The notes: a model not told the origin generated them from the sequence alone. A DNA stretch of 61,249 nucleotides from a virus (IMGVR_UViG_3300050821_004166:1-61249); one strand, 5' to 3'. Shown: positions 7,933 through 16,794, counted from the stretch's first letter. Program-made: numbers and translations.

Positions 7933-8840
7933 GAACGGCACTTGTTACCGGAGGCGCCGGCTTCCTGGGACGAGTTTTGATTCCGCGGTTGCTCGAGGCG
8001 GGTTATGAGGTTCATTCGGTGGATCCGGAGTATGGTGTCCATGGACTTAACACGGACCTTGGTTGCGGGCACGTCGTGCACCTGTACGCCGAACGCTTCG
8101 AAACCTTCCAGATCAAGGCCAAACGCTACGACCTGGTGTTCCACCTAGCGTCCTACCTCACCAAGTACGATATCGAGCAGCGCAATAAGATGGGCATGGA
8201 GGCCTTCCGGGATATTGACCTGGACCTACAGATGGCTCAATACCTCGAGAATCTCCCACCGCGGGAGCGCGTTGTCTGGTTATCCTCTTGCGCGACAGAC
8301 GCTGAGGGCGTGGAAGTGTACGCCTTCAACAAGTACGTCTCGGAACGCTTTGCTCGTTGGCTAGGAAAGCGGGAGCGCGTTCCAATATCGATTCTCAAGC
8401 CGTATGCCGGCTACGGGCCCGGCCAAAGCCTGAGTTATCCGATGACTGCGATCATCCACCGAGCTCTACGGCTAGAAGACCCGCTGTACGTTTGGGGAAG
8501 CAAGAAGACCGTGCGAGACTGGATTTACGTGGACGACATAGTAGACGCGATATTGATGGCCGCAGACGGGATTTTCCCGAAGGGTGGCGCTATTCCGATC
8601 GGGACCGGAGTGCCTACATCTTTCGGTGAACTGGCGATGCAGATAGCCTTGCAATGCGGGTATTCCCCGCAGATCACTGCCGACCTCGAGAAGCCAATCG
8701 GTTCTGAGCATCGTGTCGCAACGACTGCCGTTGCCGAGAGCTTCGGTTTCAAGGCCAAGGTGACGCTGGCCGAGGGACTTGCGCGGTGCATTGCCGTAGC
8801 TAAGGAGAAAAGCGCAACCTTCCGCGGAGTAGGAGTGTGA
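7929..8840 (+). CDS. NAD-dependent sugar epimerase/dehydratase (extended SDR)
   Basis: N-terminal Rossmann motif TGGAGFLG and catalytic YxxxK (YAFNK). Confidence 0.8.
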   Translation: MRTALVTGGAGFLGRVLIPRLLEAGYEVHSVDPEYGVHGLNTDLGCGHVVHLYAERFETFQIKAKRYDLVFHLASYLTKYDIEQRNKMGMEAFRDIDLDLQMAQYLENLPPRERVVWLSSCATDAEGVEVYAFNKYVSERFARWLGKRERVPISILKPYAGYGPGQSLSYPMTAIIHRALRLEDPLYVWGSKKTVRDWIYVDDIVDAILMAADGIFPKGGAIPIGTGVPTSFGELAMQIALQCGYSPQITADLEKPIGSEHRVATTAVAESFGFKAKVTLAEGLARCIAVAKEKSATFRGVGV

Positions 8841-9469
8841 TACGCCTGCACGAACTCGATCGACCTGCCGTCCTAAACAGGCAAGCTATGGCGCCGGCCC
8901 GCGTCTACGTCAACGACCCCACCCAGAACAATCGCATTCGCCACGCTCGAGAAGAGGTAAAGCGGATTCTCCTGATGCTGAAGAGCGATTACGTCTCGAC
9001 CGCCCACACCTTCAGGACCATCGTGGAGCTTGGCGCGAACTCCTGCGATATCTCCGGACAGTTTTCCATGGGACACCGCGTCCACGTTTGGGAGATCAGT
9101 CCGACCTGCATTGAGTACATCACCAGGAACTTCCCATGGGTGAAGGTCCACGCCGAAGACCTGGAGGACGCGCAGACGATGCCGGCAGACGTGCTAATTC
9201 TGTGCGAAGTGCTCGAACACCTGACAGATCCGGACGCACTCGTAAAAAAATGGCTTCCAGAGGCTCGCTACGCGCTTATCTCGTCCCCCTTGGAGGGAGA
9301 CCTCACCGGAGATTTGAGCGGAGGAGAGCATGTCTGGAGCTTCAAGGAGCAGGACTTCCAGAACTTCGCCAAGATCGGCGGGCATGAAGTGCAACGGCAG
9401 TTTGATTTCCAGATGGGGCAGTACCGAATCAAGATGATGTGTACCAAGCGCAAGGAGGGCAGTCCATGA
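8837..9469 (+). CDS. Class I SAM-dependent methyltransferase
   Basis: IVELGANSCD (motif I-like) and DVLILCEVLEHLTDPDALVKKW. GTGA overlap with the upstream gene. Confidence 0.6.
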   Translation: MIRLHELDRPAVLNRQAMAPARVYVNDPTQNNRIRHAREEVKRILLMLKSDYVSTAHTFRTIVELGANSCDISGQFSMGHRVHVWEISPTCIEYITRNFPWVKVHAEDLEDAQTMPADVLILCEVLEHLTDPDALVKKWLPEARYALISSPLEGDLTGDLSGGEHVWSFKEQDFQNFAKIGGHEVQRQFDFQMGQYRIKMMCTKRKEGSP

Positions 9470-9639
9470 AGAACACCGCATACGAGATAGCCGAAGACGC
9501 CTGCAAGAAGCAGCTCGAGGCCATTCACGGCACCGTCGAGGAAGGGATGACGGTTCACGGTACTCTAACCTTTGCGAAGTGGGCTGAAGCGGTCGAATCG
9601 GCTTTGGAGTCGGTATGCCGCGAGATGGAAAAGGATTAG
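9466..9639 (+). CDS. Hypothetical small protein
   Basis: ATGA overlap at 9466-9469 preceded by AAGGAGGG; 57 aa. Confidence 0.45.
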   Translation: MKNTAYEIAEDACKKQLEAIHGTVEEGMTVHGTLTFAKWAEAVESALESVCREMEKD

Positions 9640-9662
9640 ATCACACCCCCCTACGCAACGTG

Positions 9663-9693
9663 TTGACATTGCAGACAGTTCGGCTGCTATGCT
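9663..9693 (+). promoter_or_regulatory. Promoter-like element, family 1: TTGACATTGCAGACAG...TATGCT
   Basis: TTGACA at 9663-9668, N19, TATGCT at 9688-9693. Its 5' 16-mer matches the 13297 copy at 14 of 16 positions. Confidence 0.45.
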
Positions 9694-11383
9694 TGCTGCC
9701 GTGAAGTTTTGTGCCCTATTCCTGCTGGCCTTCCTCACATTGGCGAGTACCGCGACGGCCCAAGAAGTGGCTATCAGCGGGAACATCAAAGACGTTACCG
9801 GCACCAGCGTCATTTCGAACGCGCAGGTAGACTTCGAGCTTCAGAACTACGGCGGCCAGATCCCTCACGTTCTCTCGACGGGCACGATCATCGCCGTAAA
9901 GAAGACGTTCAAACCAGACTCGAGCGGGAATATCCACTGCGTAGGAGTCGGCTGCACGGATACCCTGCTGATGAATTCCGCGGTGCTGCCGTCTGGAACC
10001 TGGTACAGCATGTGCCTCATCAGCCAGGGACACACGCTGCGATGCAATAATTACATCATCAACCTGCCGTTTTCCTTGAACAACCTGCCGCCACCGCTGA
10101 ACGTCACCCCGCCGGCCGGCCCGAGCACGCTTGTCACGCAGTCCTACACCTGCCAAGTCTTCATTGCGTCCACAATTTGGACTTGCGTGCATAGATTCAA
10201 CGATGTGAACGTGGAAGCCTCGACCTACACCCTCCTCGGCGTGCGAATCTTCCCGGACACCATGACGATCACCGACCCCAACACGGTGACGTTCACCTGG
10301 CCGACCGCGCAAGCCGGCACCGCAGTTATCTTCCACGCCGCACCGCTGACCTTCGCCATCACTCAGCCGAACGCCGTGCTGCAGAATCCAACGGGTTCGC
10401 AGGTAATCTCGACATGGCCTCTGCTGATTTCCTCTCCAACGTCGTTTAGCTTCCTCCTCGGGCTTCCGACCAAGACCGATCCAGTCACGCCGGCGCCCGG
10501 CGAGGCCTGGGTGAACCTCGGGCTGCTGAAGTTTGAGGACAATGCCGTTTCGCCTGCGAAGCATGTGGTGTCGACGTCACTTCCTGGAACCTGCTCTGCC
10601 GGCCAAGTCGTCAATGCAATCACCGCGGACGCCGTTCCGGGGTGTATCCCGTTCTCGCTTGCTCTCACGGCGCTGACTACTTTGGGCGACACTCTGAGCG
10701 TAAACTCCACGCCGGCCTTAACTCGAATTCCCGGAAACACGACCGCGACAAAACTATTTTTCACGCAGACCGGGACTGGCTCTGTTTCAGCTTTGCCGGG
10801 GTGGAATCCGATCGTTGCCGGCGACGTGCCTCAGATCAACCTTGCAACTTCCGGAGCTGGAGGAGTAGGCGGGTTGCTGCCGATTGCTAATACCTGTCCA
10901 GGGACGACTGGCGCAAGCTCAACGACGTTCCTTCGAGGAGACTGCACTTGGAGCAATCCTTCAGGCGGGGTGGTGGCGGTTTTTGCTAACCAAACCATCT
11001 CAGGACAAAGCATTCCCGCAAGTACGCCAACGGCAGTCGTCGCAAAAGCGATTACGATGCCGGCGAGTGGCTGCCCATGTCGCGTGTTTATGTCCTACTC
11101 GGTCTGGTCCACTACGATTACAAGCGGGACCGGTTACGATCTTTGGATTTCGGATGGAACAAACACGATGGCCCCTTTCAGCACCGGCGCATCGAACGGG
11201 TCGGGTGGGTCCACCGGGATGAGCTATTCAGGATTCAGCCCTGTAACTTACGCCAACGGTGTAACGGTGACTTTCACGCTGATGGAAGAAGGGGACCACA
11301 GCATCATCATCCAGGCCGGAAAGATCGTTGCCGGCAGTGTTGCTCCGTGGACTTTGCAGCTTGCGGTCTTCCAGAGCAATTAA
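9689..11383 (+). CDS. Ser/Thr/Gly/Asn-rich beta-type protein with an N-terminal signal peptide (fiber-like or exported)
   Basis: The internal start gives MLAAVKFCALFLLAFLTLASTATA/QE; GTG 9701 is an alternative start. The ORF-track start at 9572 precedes the promoter-like element. Confidence 0.5.
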   Translation: MLAAVKFCALFLLAFLTLASTATAQEVAISGNIKDVTGTSVISNAQVDFELQNYGGQIPHVLSTGTIIAVKKTFKPDSSGNIHCVGVGCTDTLLMNSAVLPSGTWYSMCLISQGHTLRCNNYIINLPFSLNNLPPPLNVTPPAGPSTLVTQSYTCQVFIASTIWTCVHRFNDVNVEASTYTLLGVRIFPDTMTITDPNTVTFTWPTAQAGTAVIFHAAPLTFAITQPNAVLQNPTGSQVISTWPLLISSPTSFSFLLGLPTKTDPVTPAPGEAWVNLGLLKFEDNAVSPAKHVVSTSLPGTCSAGQVVNAITADAVPGCIPFSLALTALTTLGDTLSVNSTPALTRIPGNTTATKLFFTQTGTGSVSALPGWNPIVAGDVPQINLATSGAGGVGGLLPIANTCPGTTGASSTTFLRGDCTWSNPSGGVVAVFANQTISGQSIPASTPTAVVAKAITMPASGCPCRVFMSYSVWSTTITSGTGYDLWISDGTNTMAPFSTGASNGSGGSTGMSYSGFSPVTYANGVTVTFTLMEEGDHSIIIQAGKIVAGSVAPWTLQLAVFQSN

Positions 11384-11392
11384 TTGAGGAGT

Positions 11393-12817
11393 GTGGTGTT
11401 GAAAAGATTCGCCATATTGTTTTTGTTGTTGCTGCCGAACGTGCTTATCGGCCAAACCTCGCATGGCCGCATCAGTTCCGATCGGATAACGAACAAAACA
11501 ACCATCACGATCACGGGCGCGACTCCGGACGTATCCGTGGGAAACGTCTTCCAGACGGCTAACAGCGGAACGACGGTCATCACGAACTTCCTGAATGGCG
11601 TGGACACGCAGCTCATTACGATTGTCTGCGGGGATGCGAACACCTCCATTCTTAGCAATGTCAACATTCTGGTGCCAAGCGGAGGCTTCTCTTGCACGGT
11701 CAAGACGACGATCTCCTTCATCTACATCGCCCCGGCCCTTCAATGGATTCAAACCGCGAACGCAGCAGGAGGCAGTTTTGCTTTCCCGGTTGAGCCTCCT
11801 TTTACCGTCCTCGCCGGGCCCGGAGCGAACTCCATTACCGGAATCAATGACGGCGTAGCTTTAGCTTCGTCCTCCGGTATCTCCACCTCGCAGTCCATCA
11901 CGCTCACTCCCGGAAGCACACACGACTGGATGTTCTTGGCGCTGTCTAACGACATAAACATTAACCCCGGAGGGGTTACGACTGTTTCAGGCGGCGGAAC
12001 TTGGACAAACATCTTCAGCACCTCAAACAACGGAGGCTTATGGTCCCAGACTCTATCCAGCTCTAACCCCATCACCACGCAAGGGAACACCATAAACCCA
12101 ACAAATTGGGCAGGGATGCTGTTCTCCCTGGCTCTTAAACCGGCCACGACTCCTACAATCGTGCAGCAGCCTTCAGTCACCAGTGGAGGCATACCCAACG
12201 GAAGTACGACCAGTTTCACCGGCAACACCACGAACGGAGACGCCATTCTGGTCATTCTGATAGGTGGCGTGGTTTCTAGCGTGAATACCGATTACATCAC
12301 CGACAGTGAAGGGAACCTGTACACGCCGCTTGGATTTGCGACGAACACGGCCGGCTTCGGTGAAGTAGCTCTCGTTTTCCTCTCCGCAAACATCGCTGGC
12401 GGCACTCACGACGTAGTGAAATTCCATACGCAGGGTTCAGGAGTAAGCGGCAGTTTCCAAGCCTTGGAAGTGAACAACCTGGTCCTCGCAAATGGGTTGC
12501 CCACCTTCCGAGCAGTACAACCGGGAGACTTGCCCGCTGGCTACGTTAAATTTATTGCTGGCGGCGGGTTGGCACTTACTACTGCCTTAATCGCTTCAGG
12601 GGCTTGCGGTGCGACCGTGACCGCAGTGGCTACTGGCGTACAGACTACGGATACGATCGAGATGGCGTTCCAAAATGCAGTGACAGCAGCGGACGCAGGC
12701 TTGCTCATCCTTCACAAATGGCCGACAAACGGCGCTGTCAACTTTGCATATTGCAACCCGACCGCTGGTTCGATCACTCCGAATCCTATATCGATAAGCT
12801 GGAGCGTGCATCGATGA
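11393..12817 (+). CDS. Ser/Thr/Gly/Asn-rich protein with a signal-peptide-like N-terminus
   Basis: N-terminus ..VVLKRFAILFLLLLPNVLIGQTSHG. GAGGAG lies upstream. The start is ambiguous: TTG 11384, GTG 11393 or GTG 11396. Confidence 0.45.
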   Translation: MVLKRFAILFLLLLPNVLIGQTSHGRISSDRITNKTTITITGATPDVSVGNVFQTANSGTTVITNFLNGVDTQLITIVCGDANTSILSNVNILVPSGGFSCTVKTTISFIYIAPALQWIQTANAAGGSFAFPVEPPFTVLAGPGANSITGINDGVALASSSGISTSQSITLTPGSTHDWMFLALSNDININPGGVTTVSGGGTWTNIFSTSNNGGLWSQTLSSSNPITTQGNTINPTNWAGMLFSLALKPATTPTIVQQPSVTSGGIPNGSTTSFTGNTTNGDAILVILIGGVVSSVNTDYITDSEGNLYTPLGFATNTAGFGEVALVFLSANIAGGTHDVVKFHTQGSGVSGSFQALEVNNLVLANGLPTFRAVQPGDLPAGYVKFIAGGGLALTTALIASGACGATVTAVATGVQTTDTIEMAFQNAVTAADAGLLILHKWPTNGAVNFAYCNPTAGSITPNPISISWSVHR

Positions 12818-13083
12818 ACTCCTTTACGGAACTCATCCAAGCGCACCCAACGATCTCCGCGCTACTGGCCTACTACATCGCCAGCGCCTTCGTGGGCTCT
12901 CTGCCGGCGCCTGATGTTTCCTCGAGCATGTTCTATAGATTCGTTTTCAAATTTATGAACACGTTGGCCGCGAATCTCACTCGCGCCTATAGTTCGAAAC
13001 TTCCCCTTGCCATCGCGCAAGCCGCTGGAGTAGCTCAAGAGCAGGAGAGACAGGGACACCTTCCGGACCCGCCTAAACTATGA
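12814..13083 (+). CDS. Small membrane protein (one TM segment)
   Basis: ATGA overlap at 12814. Hydrophobic ISALLAYYIASAFVGSL. Confidence 0.45.
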   Translation: MNSFTELIQAHPTISALLAYYIASAFVGSLPAPDVSSSMFYRFVFKFMNTLAANLTRAYSSKLPLAIAQAAGVAQEQERQGHLPDPPKL

Positions 13084-13093
13084 GGAGGATGAC

Positions 13094-13300
13094 ATGATCG
13101 AATTTATGATCGAGTTTGTGGTCTTCGTGGTATGCGTGGTTATCATCGTCTTGATTGTTCAGTGGGGCATGGCTAAGGTCGGTTGGACGATCGACCCGAC
13201 CCTTAAAGCCATCATCGGGTTAATCATTTTCCTGGTTTGCTTACTCGCCTTTTTGAACATGACCGGCCATCTCACCAGCAGAGGATTCATTTGGCATTGA
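13094..13300 (+). CDS. Small two-TM membrane protein (holin-like by topology only)
   Basis: GAGGAGGA 5 nt upstream of the ATG. 68 aa with two hydrophobic helices. Confidence 0.5.
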   Translation: MIEFMIEFVVFVVCVVIIVLIVQWGMAKVGWTIDPTLKAIIGLIIFLVCLLAFLNMTGHLTSRGFIWH

Positions 13301-13327
13301 CATTACAGCCAGTCCTCACGATAGACT
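13297..13327 (+). promoter_or_regulatory. Promoter-like element, family 1: TTGACATTACAGCCAG...TAGACT
   Basis: TTGACA at 13297-13302, N19, TAGACT at 13322-13327. Lies 40 nt upstream of the scaffold ATG. Confidence 0.55.
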
Positions 13328-13366
13328 TTTCCGCAGGATATCGGCGGGACCGCCCCGCGATACACT

Positions 13367-14656
13367 ATGGACAAAACCGCAGAAGAGAACGCACTTAGCA
13401 ACATCGGCTTTACCGCAGACGCAAACGAAGAGGAAACCTCCTCCTCTGGTGGTGGCGTAGGAGTAGCGGAAGAAGAAGCCGAACACGCCGACGAAACGAC
13501 CGAAACCGAAGAGTCAGCCGAAGAAGAATCCCGCGAAGACGAAGAGGAAAGCTCTGAAGAGGGCGAGGCTGAATCTGAGGAAGAGACCGCTGCAGCCGCG
13601 GATGAGACTCCCCAAGGCTATGACCTACTGCTGCCCAACAAGCAGCAAAAAGTCTATCCGGACGAGCTCTACCAGTTGGCAGCGAAGAAGTTTGGCGTGG
13701 AACCGTCCCTCGTTCAAAACAAGTCAATCCGCAGTCTGCTGAAAGGAAAGATTGATTCCGATATCGACAACCGGAATCTCCGCGATCGACTCGATACGGG
13801 TGCAGAAGACGACACGATAGTTGATGAGGAAGCCGAGACCGAAGAAGCGCCGGCAAGACGCACCGCGGGCGCCGAGATCGAGGCTACTCCCGCAAAGCAG
13901 ATGGAGGCGACGTATAGCTTCCTGCGAGGCGGGCTCGACGGTAGGTCTCCGATAATCACGAAAGACGGCGCCAAGCTCTACTCTGACGCTAGTCTCTCGG
14001 CTTATAGCGACCTGCAGGCGGCAATCGACTCTGGCGACCCCAAGAAACTAGAAGCAGCGCAGATCAAGTACACCGAGTCACAAGCTGCGTTCGCTACCGT
14101 GATGTTCGCCAACGTGTTCCCGGCACTCCTACCCTACTTGCTCCAAGCGGTTCCTTCTCAAACCTGGGATGGGATTGTCGGCGGCAAGCTCGAGGAACGC
14201 GAGGAGATGAAGGAAGTTCACCAGTCAGCCCGCGCCGAACTAATGAAAGACCCGCGGTACTCCGACTTCAAGGAACTGGTCGAATCGAAGGCAATCTATA
14301 ACTTCGCTCGAGAGAATCCCGAAATTCTGGACAAGACTTTCGTGGATGCGAACGGGCGCCCCATCAAAGACCCTGTGAAACTGAATATGGCACGGTACCG
14401 CTATATCGTTCACCAGATCAGGGGACAGAACTACAGGCCACCGGTTGACCTTGTGAGGCGAGCAACGGAATCAGGACGTCGGCAAGCGAACGCCATAGCC
14501 GAGCGGAAAGCCGCCGGCAGGTTGAGCACCGGACGCGGGCGCGGGAATCAGGGTACCAGTGGCGACAGGTACGAAACCAAGAATTGGGCCGAGCGCATGA
14601 AGAACGCTTCGAAAATGTCCGATCCCCTTGGCTCGTTCCTCGAGGCCAACAAGTGA
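13367..14656 (+). CDS. Putative scaffolding protein
   Basis: 429 aa with a very acidic N-terminal third. Lies immediately upstream of the capsid gene and is translationally adjacent to it. Confidence 0.5.
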   Translation: MDKTAEENALSNIGFTADANEEETSSSGGGVGVAEEEAEHADETTETEESAEEESREDEEESSEEGEAESEEETAAAADETPQGYDLLLPNKQQKVYPDELYQLAAKKFGVEPSLVQNKSIRSLLKGKIDSDIDNRNLRDRLDTGAEDDTIVDEEAETEEAPARRTAGAEIEATPAKQMEATYSFLRGGLDGRSPIITKDGAKLYSDASLSAYSDLQAAIDSGDPKKLEAAQIKYTESQAAFATVMFANVFPALLPYLLQAVPSQTWDGIVGGKLEEREEMKEVHQSARAELMKDPRYSDFKELVESKAIYNFARENPEILDKTFVDANGRPIKDPVKLNMARYRYIVHQIRGQNYRPPVDLVRRATESGRRQANAIAERKAAGRLSTGRGRGNQGTSGDRYETKNWAERMKNASKMSDPLGSFLEANK

Positions 14657-14663
14657 GGAAGGA

Positions 14664-15992
14664 ATGAAGGTTTTGAGCAGCAATTCTGCTTATAACGACA
14701 AGATTTTTTGGGCTGCCTGCCTGGTTTTGGTGGTTCTTGTCTTTGCTTTTGGAGGAACGCAAGCCGGCATCTTATCGATGTTCGCCTTCGGGCTCGTCAC
14801 GACGCAGCGATCGACGAACGAGGCAATCTCTGAAACCGTCCTGGTCCGTGATGTGCCTGATGAAGTCATGGTTCTGGATGGCGATATCACGCCGCTTACG
14901 GTAATGAGCGTGAACGCCAAACGGAAGAGACCGACATTCAGTCCTCGAATTGAGAAGCTCGAGGACAACCTCCGAACCCTTTGGGGGTATATGAATGCGG
15001 CTGCCATTGCTTCCAACGTGACCTCGGTCATCGTCAACGATGGTTCGCTGTTTGCTCCCGGCGACCTGGTTTGCGTGCCTCACAACCCGGTCCAGGCCGG
15101 CGCTGATGAAGTCTTCCGCGTCACGGCCGGCGGCGGTGCGACCGCGAACGTCACCCTTACGGTAGTCCGGGGAATCGGCGGCACGGGCGCCGATACCATC
15201 GTGGTTTCCGGTTCGCTGAGGATCCTTGGCAGCGCATACGCCGAAAACGGCGCCTACGGAACACCGCGGAGCACCCTCAAGACGACCATCATCTCCTACA
15301 CCCAGATCATCCGTGAGCCGTTCCAACTCTCGGAGACGCAACGGGCGTCGAAGACCTACGGCGGTCCGGAAGAAGACTTCCAGGAACGCATGGCGCTTCT
15401 GAACTGGAAGAAGCAGTCTGAAGCAATGGCTCTGTGGGGGAAGCAGTCTGAAACCCTGGCCGCGCCGGGCACCGTGCGGACGACCATGGGCTTTAAGCCT
15501 CGCGTGCAAACGAACGTTACGAACGTCAACACCACGTTGACGCTGATCCTCTTCAACACTTTCGGGCAAACCGCCTTCCGCTACAACATGGGGAGACCGC
15601 GCTTGTTCATCGCCGCGCCAATCTACATCTCCGCGGTGAACTATTTCTCACAAAATAAATTACTTACCGAGGTCGGGCAAACGGTGTTTGGCGTTAAGGT
15701 AAAAACACTGTATTTGCCACACGGTACGCTGATGCTGGCGAACAACTTCTTGATGGAGGCTGGTGTTGCTGGTCAGTCCGGGTTCGCCACCGAGGCCTAC
15801 GCGGTAGACCTTGCCAATGTTGAGTACCGCTATCTCTCGGCAAACGGCGTAAACCGAGACGTGAAGCTGTACCGCAACGTCAAGGTGGACGGCACGGACG
15901 GCCAGAGCCATGAGTACAAGGGAGAGATCGGCTGGATCTTCACCCAGGAGCAATCTCACAGCCGTATGTATAACGGTGCCGCATACGCCTGA
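14664..15992 (+). CDS. Major capsid protein (HK97-fold type) with a hydrophobic N-terminal extension
   Basis: The pattern DVPDEVMVLDGDITPLTVMS...ERMALLNWKKQSEAMALWGK..., the size and the position after the scaffold are typical of phage MCPs. GAGGA lies 5 nt upstream of ATG 14664. Confidence 0.7.
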   Translation: MKVLSSNSAYNDKIFWAACLVLVVLVFAFGGTQAGILSMFAFGLVTTQRSTNEAISETVLVRDVPDEVMVLDGDITPLTVMSVNAKRKRPTFSPRIEKLEDNLRTLWGYMNAAAIASNVTSVIVNDGSLFAPGDLVCVPHNPVQAGADEVFRVTAGGGATANVTLTVVRGIGGTGADTIVVSGSLRILGSAYAENGAYGTPRSTLKTTIISYTQIIREPFQLSETQRASKTYGGPEEDFQERMALLNWKKQSEAMALWGKQSETLAAPGTVRTTMGFKPRVQTNVTNVNTTLTLILFNTFGQTAFRYNMGRPRLFIAAPIYISAVNYFSQNKLLTEVGQTVFGVKVKTLYLPHGTLMLANNFLMEAGVAGQSGFATEAYAVDLANVEYRYLSANGVNRDVKLYRNVKVDGTDGQSHEYKGEIGWIFTQEQSHSRMYNGAAYA

Positions 15993-16022
15993 TTCGACGT
16001 TGTTCAAGCGAGGCGCGTGGAA

Positions 16023-16055
16023 AAGGGGGGATTTCCTGCCCGGAGTCCCCTCCTT
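16023..16055 (+). terminator. Imperfect hairpin after the capsid gene, possible terminator
   Basis: AAGGGGGG (16023-16030) pairs with CCCTCCTT (16048-16055): 8 bp including one G-U, with a 17-nt loop, followed by TAATT. Confidence 0.3.
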
Positions 16056-16074
16056 TAATTCAGGGAGACGACAA

Positions 16075-16539
16075 GTGGACAAAACCTACCTCTGCGTGAA
16101 CTGCGAAAAGGAATTCAAGGCCGGCGCCTGGTACAACTGCCAAGGCAACCCCTCGAGAAAGCATGTCGTTGAGAATCGCACCTTCTACAGCGCACACGAC
16201 AAAGAGGTTGTGAACGCCGTCCCGCAGACTGCCTTTCTCGGCGCTTCCGGCGAGCGCGTGAGCGTTCCGGGAATCATCGTGACCTTCGAAGGCGGGCAGT
16301 ACCACACCACCGATCCCGAGCTGCAGGAAGTCTTGTCGCGCACTAACCCCATGCCGAAGGACGTTTACATCGAAATGAGGATGACTCCGGAACTGAAATC
16401 CGGACGCGACCGCAAGGTTATCTCCGATCAGCAGGAACTCATCAACAAGCTGAAGGAAGAGAACGAGCAACTCAAGAAATCCTCGCCACCGCCGGCGACC
16501 GATGGCAAACCCCAACGAGGGCGGCAAGCGGCTGCCTAG
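16075..16539 (+). CDS. Hypothetical protein downstream of the capsid gene
   Basis: GTG 16075 with GGGAGA 6 nt upstream. The ORF-track start at 15910 overlaps the MCP gene. Confidence 0.4.
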   Translation: MDKTYLCVNCEKEFKAGAWYNCQGNPSRKHVVENRTFYSAHDKEVVNAVPQTAFLGASGERVSVPGIIVTFEGGQYHTTDPELQEVLSRTNPMPKDVYIEMRMTPELKSGRDRKVISDQQELINKLKEENEQLKKSSPPPATDGKPQRGRQAAA

Positions 16540-16542
16540 TCC

Positions 16543-16794
16543 ATGCCGGCCTATGAGTACATTTGTCCGGACAGCCACATAACGACCAGAATTGCCCCCA
16601 TCTCCCAATGGAAGGACCGGATACGCTGCAAATGCGGCAGAATGGCCGAACAGTTCTTTACCAAGCCTCCGCACCCTCACTCGGGGAGGACGATTTGGAC
16701 GGCGACGGAAGTTCTGGGAGCGAAGAGAGCAGCCTCGGAAGAGTACGCTGCCGAGCTGGAAGAGGCGGCCATGGGAGGACGGGAGCTTCAGTAA
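16543..16794 (+). CDS. FmdB-like zinc-ribbon protein (degenerate)
   Basis: N-terminal MPAYEYICP... resembles the MPxYEYxC signature; the second Cys pair is CKCG. Confidence 0.45.
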   Translation: MPAYEYICPDSHITTRIAPISQWKDRIRCKCGRMAEQFFTKPPHPHSGRTIWTATEVLGAKRAASEEYAAELEEAAMGGRELQ

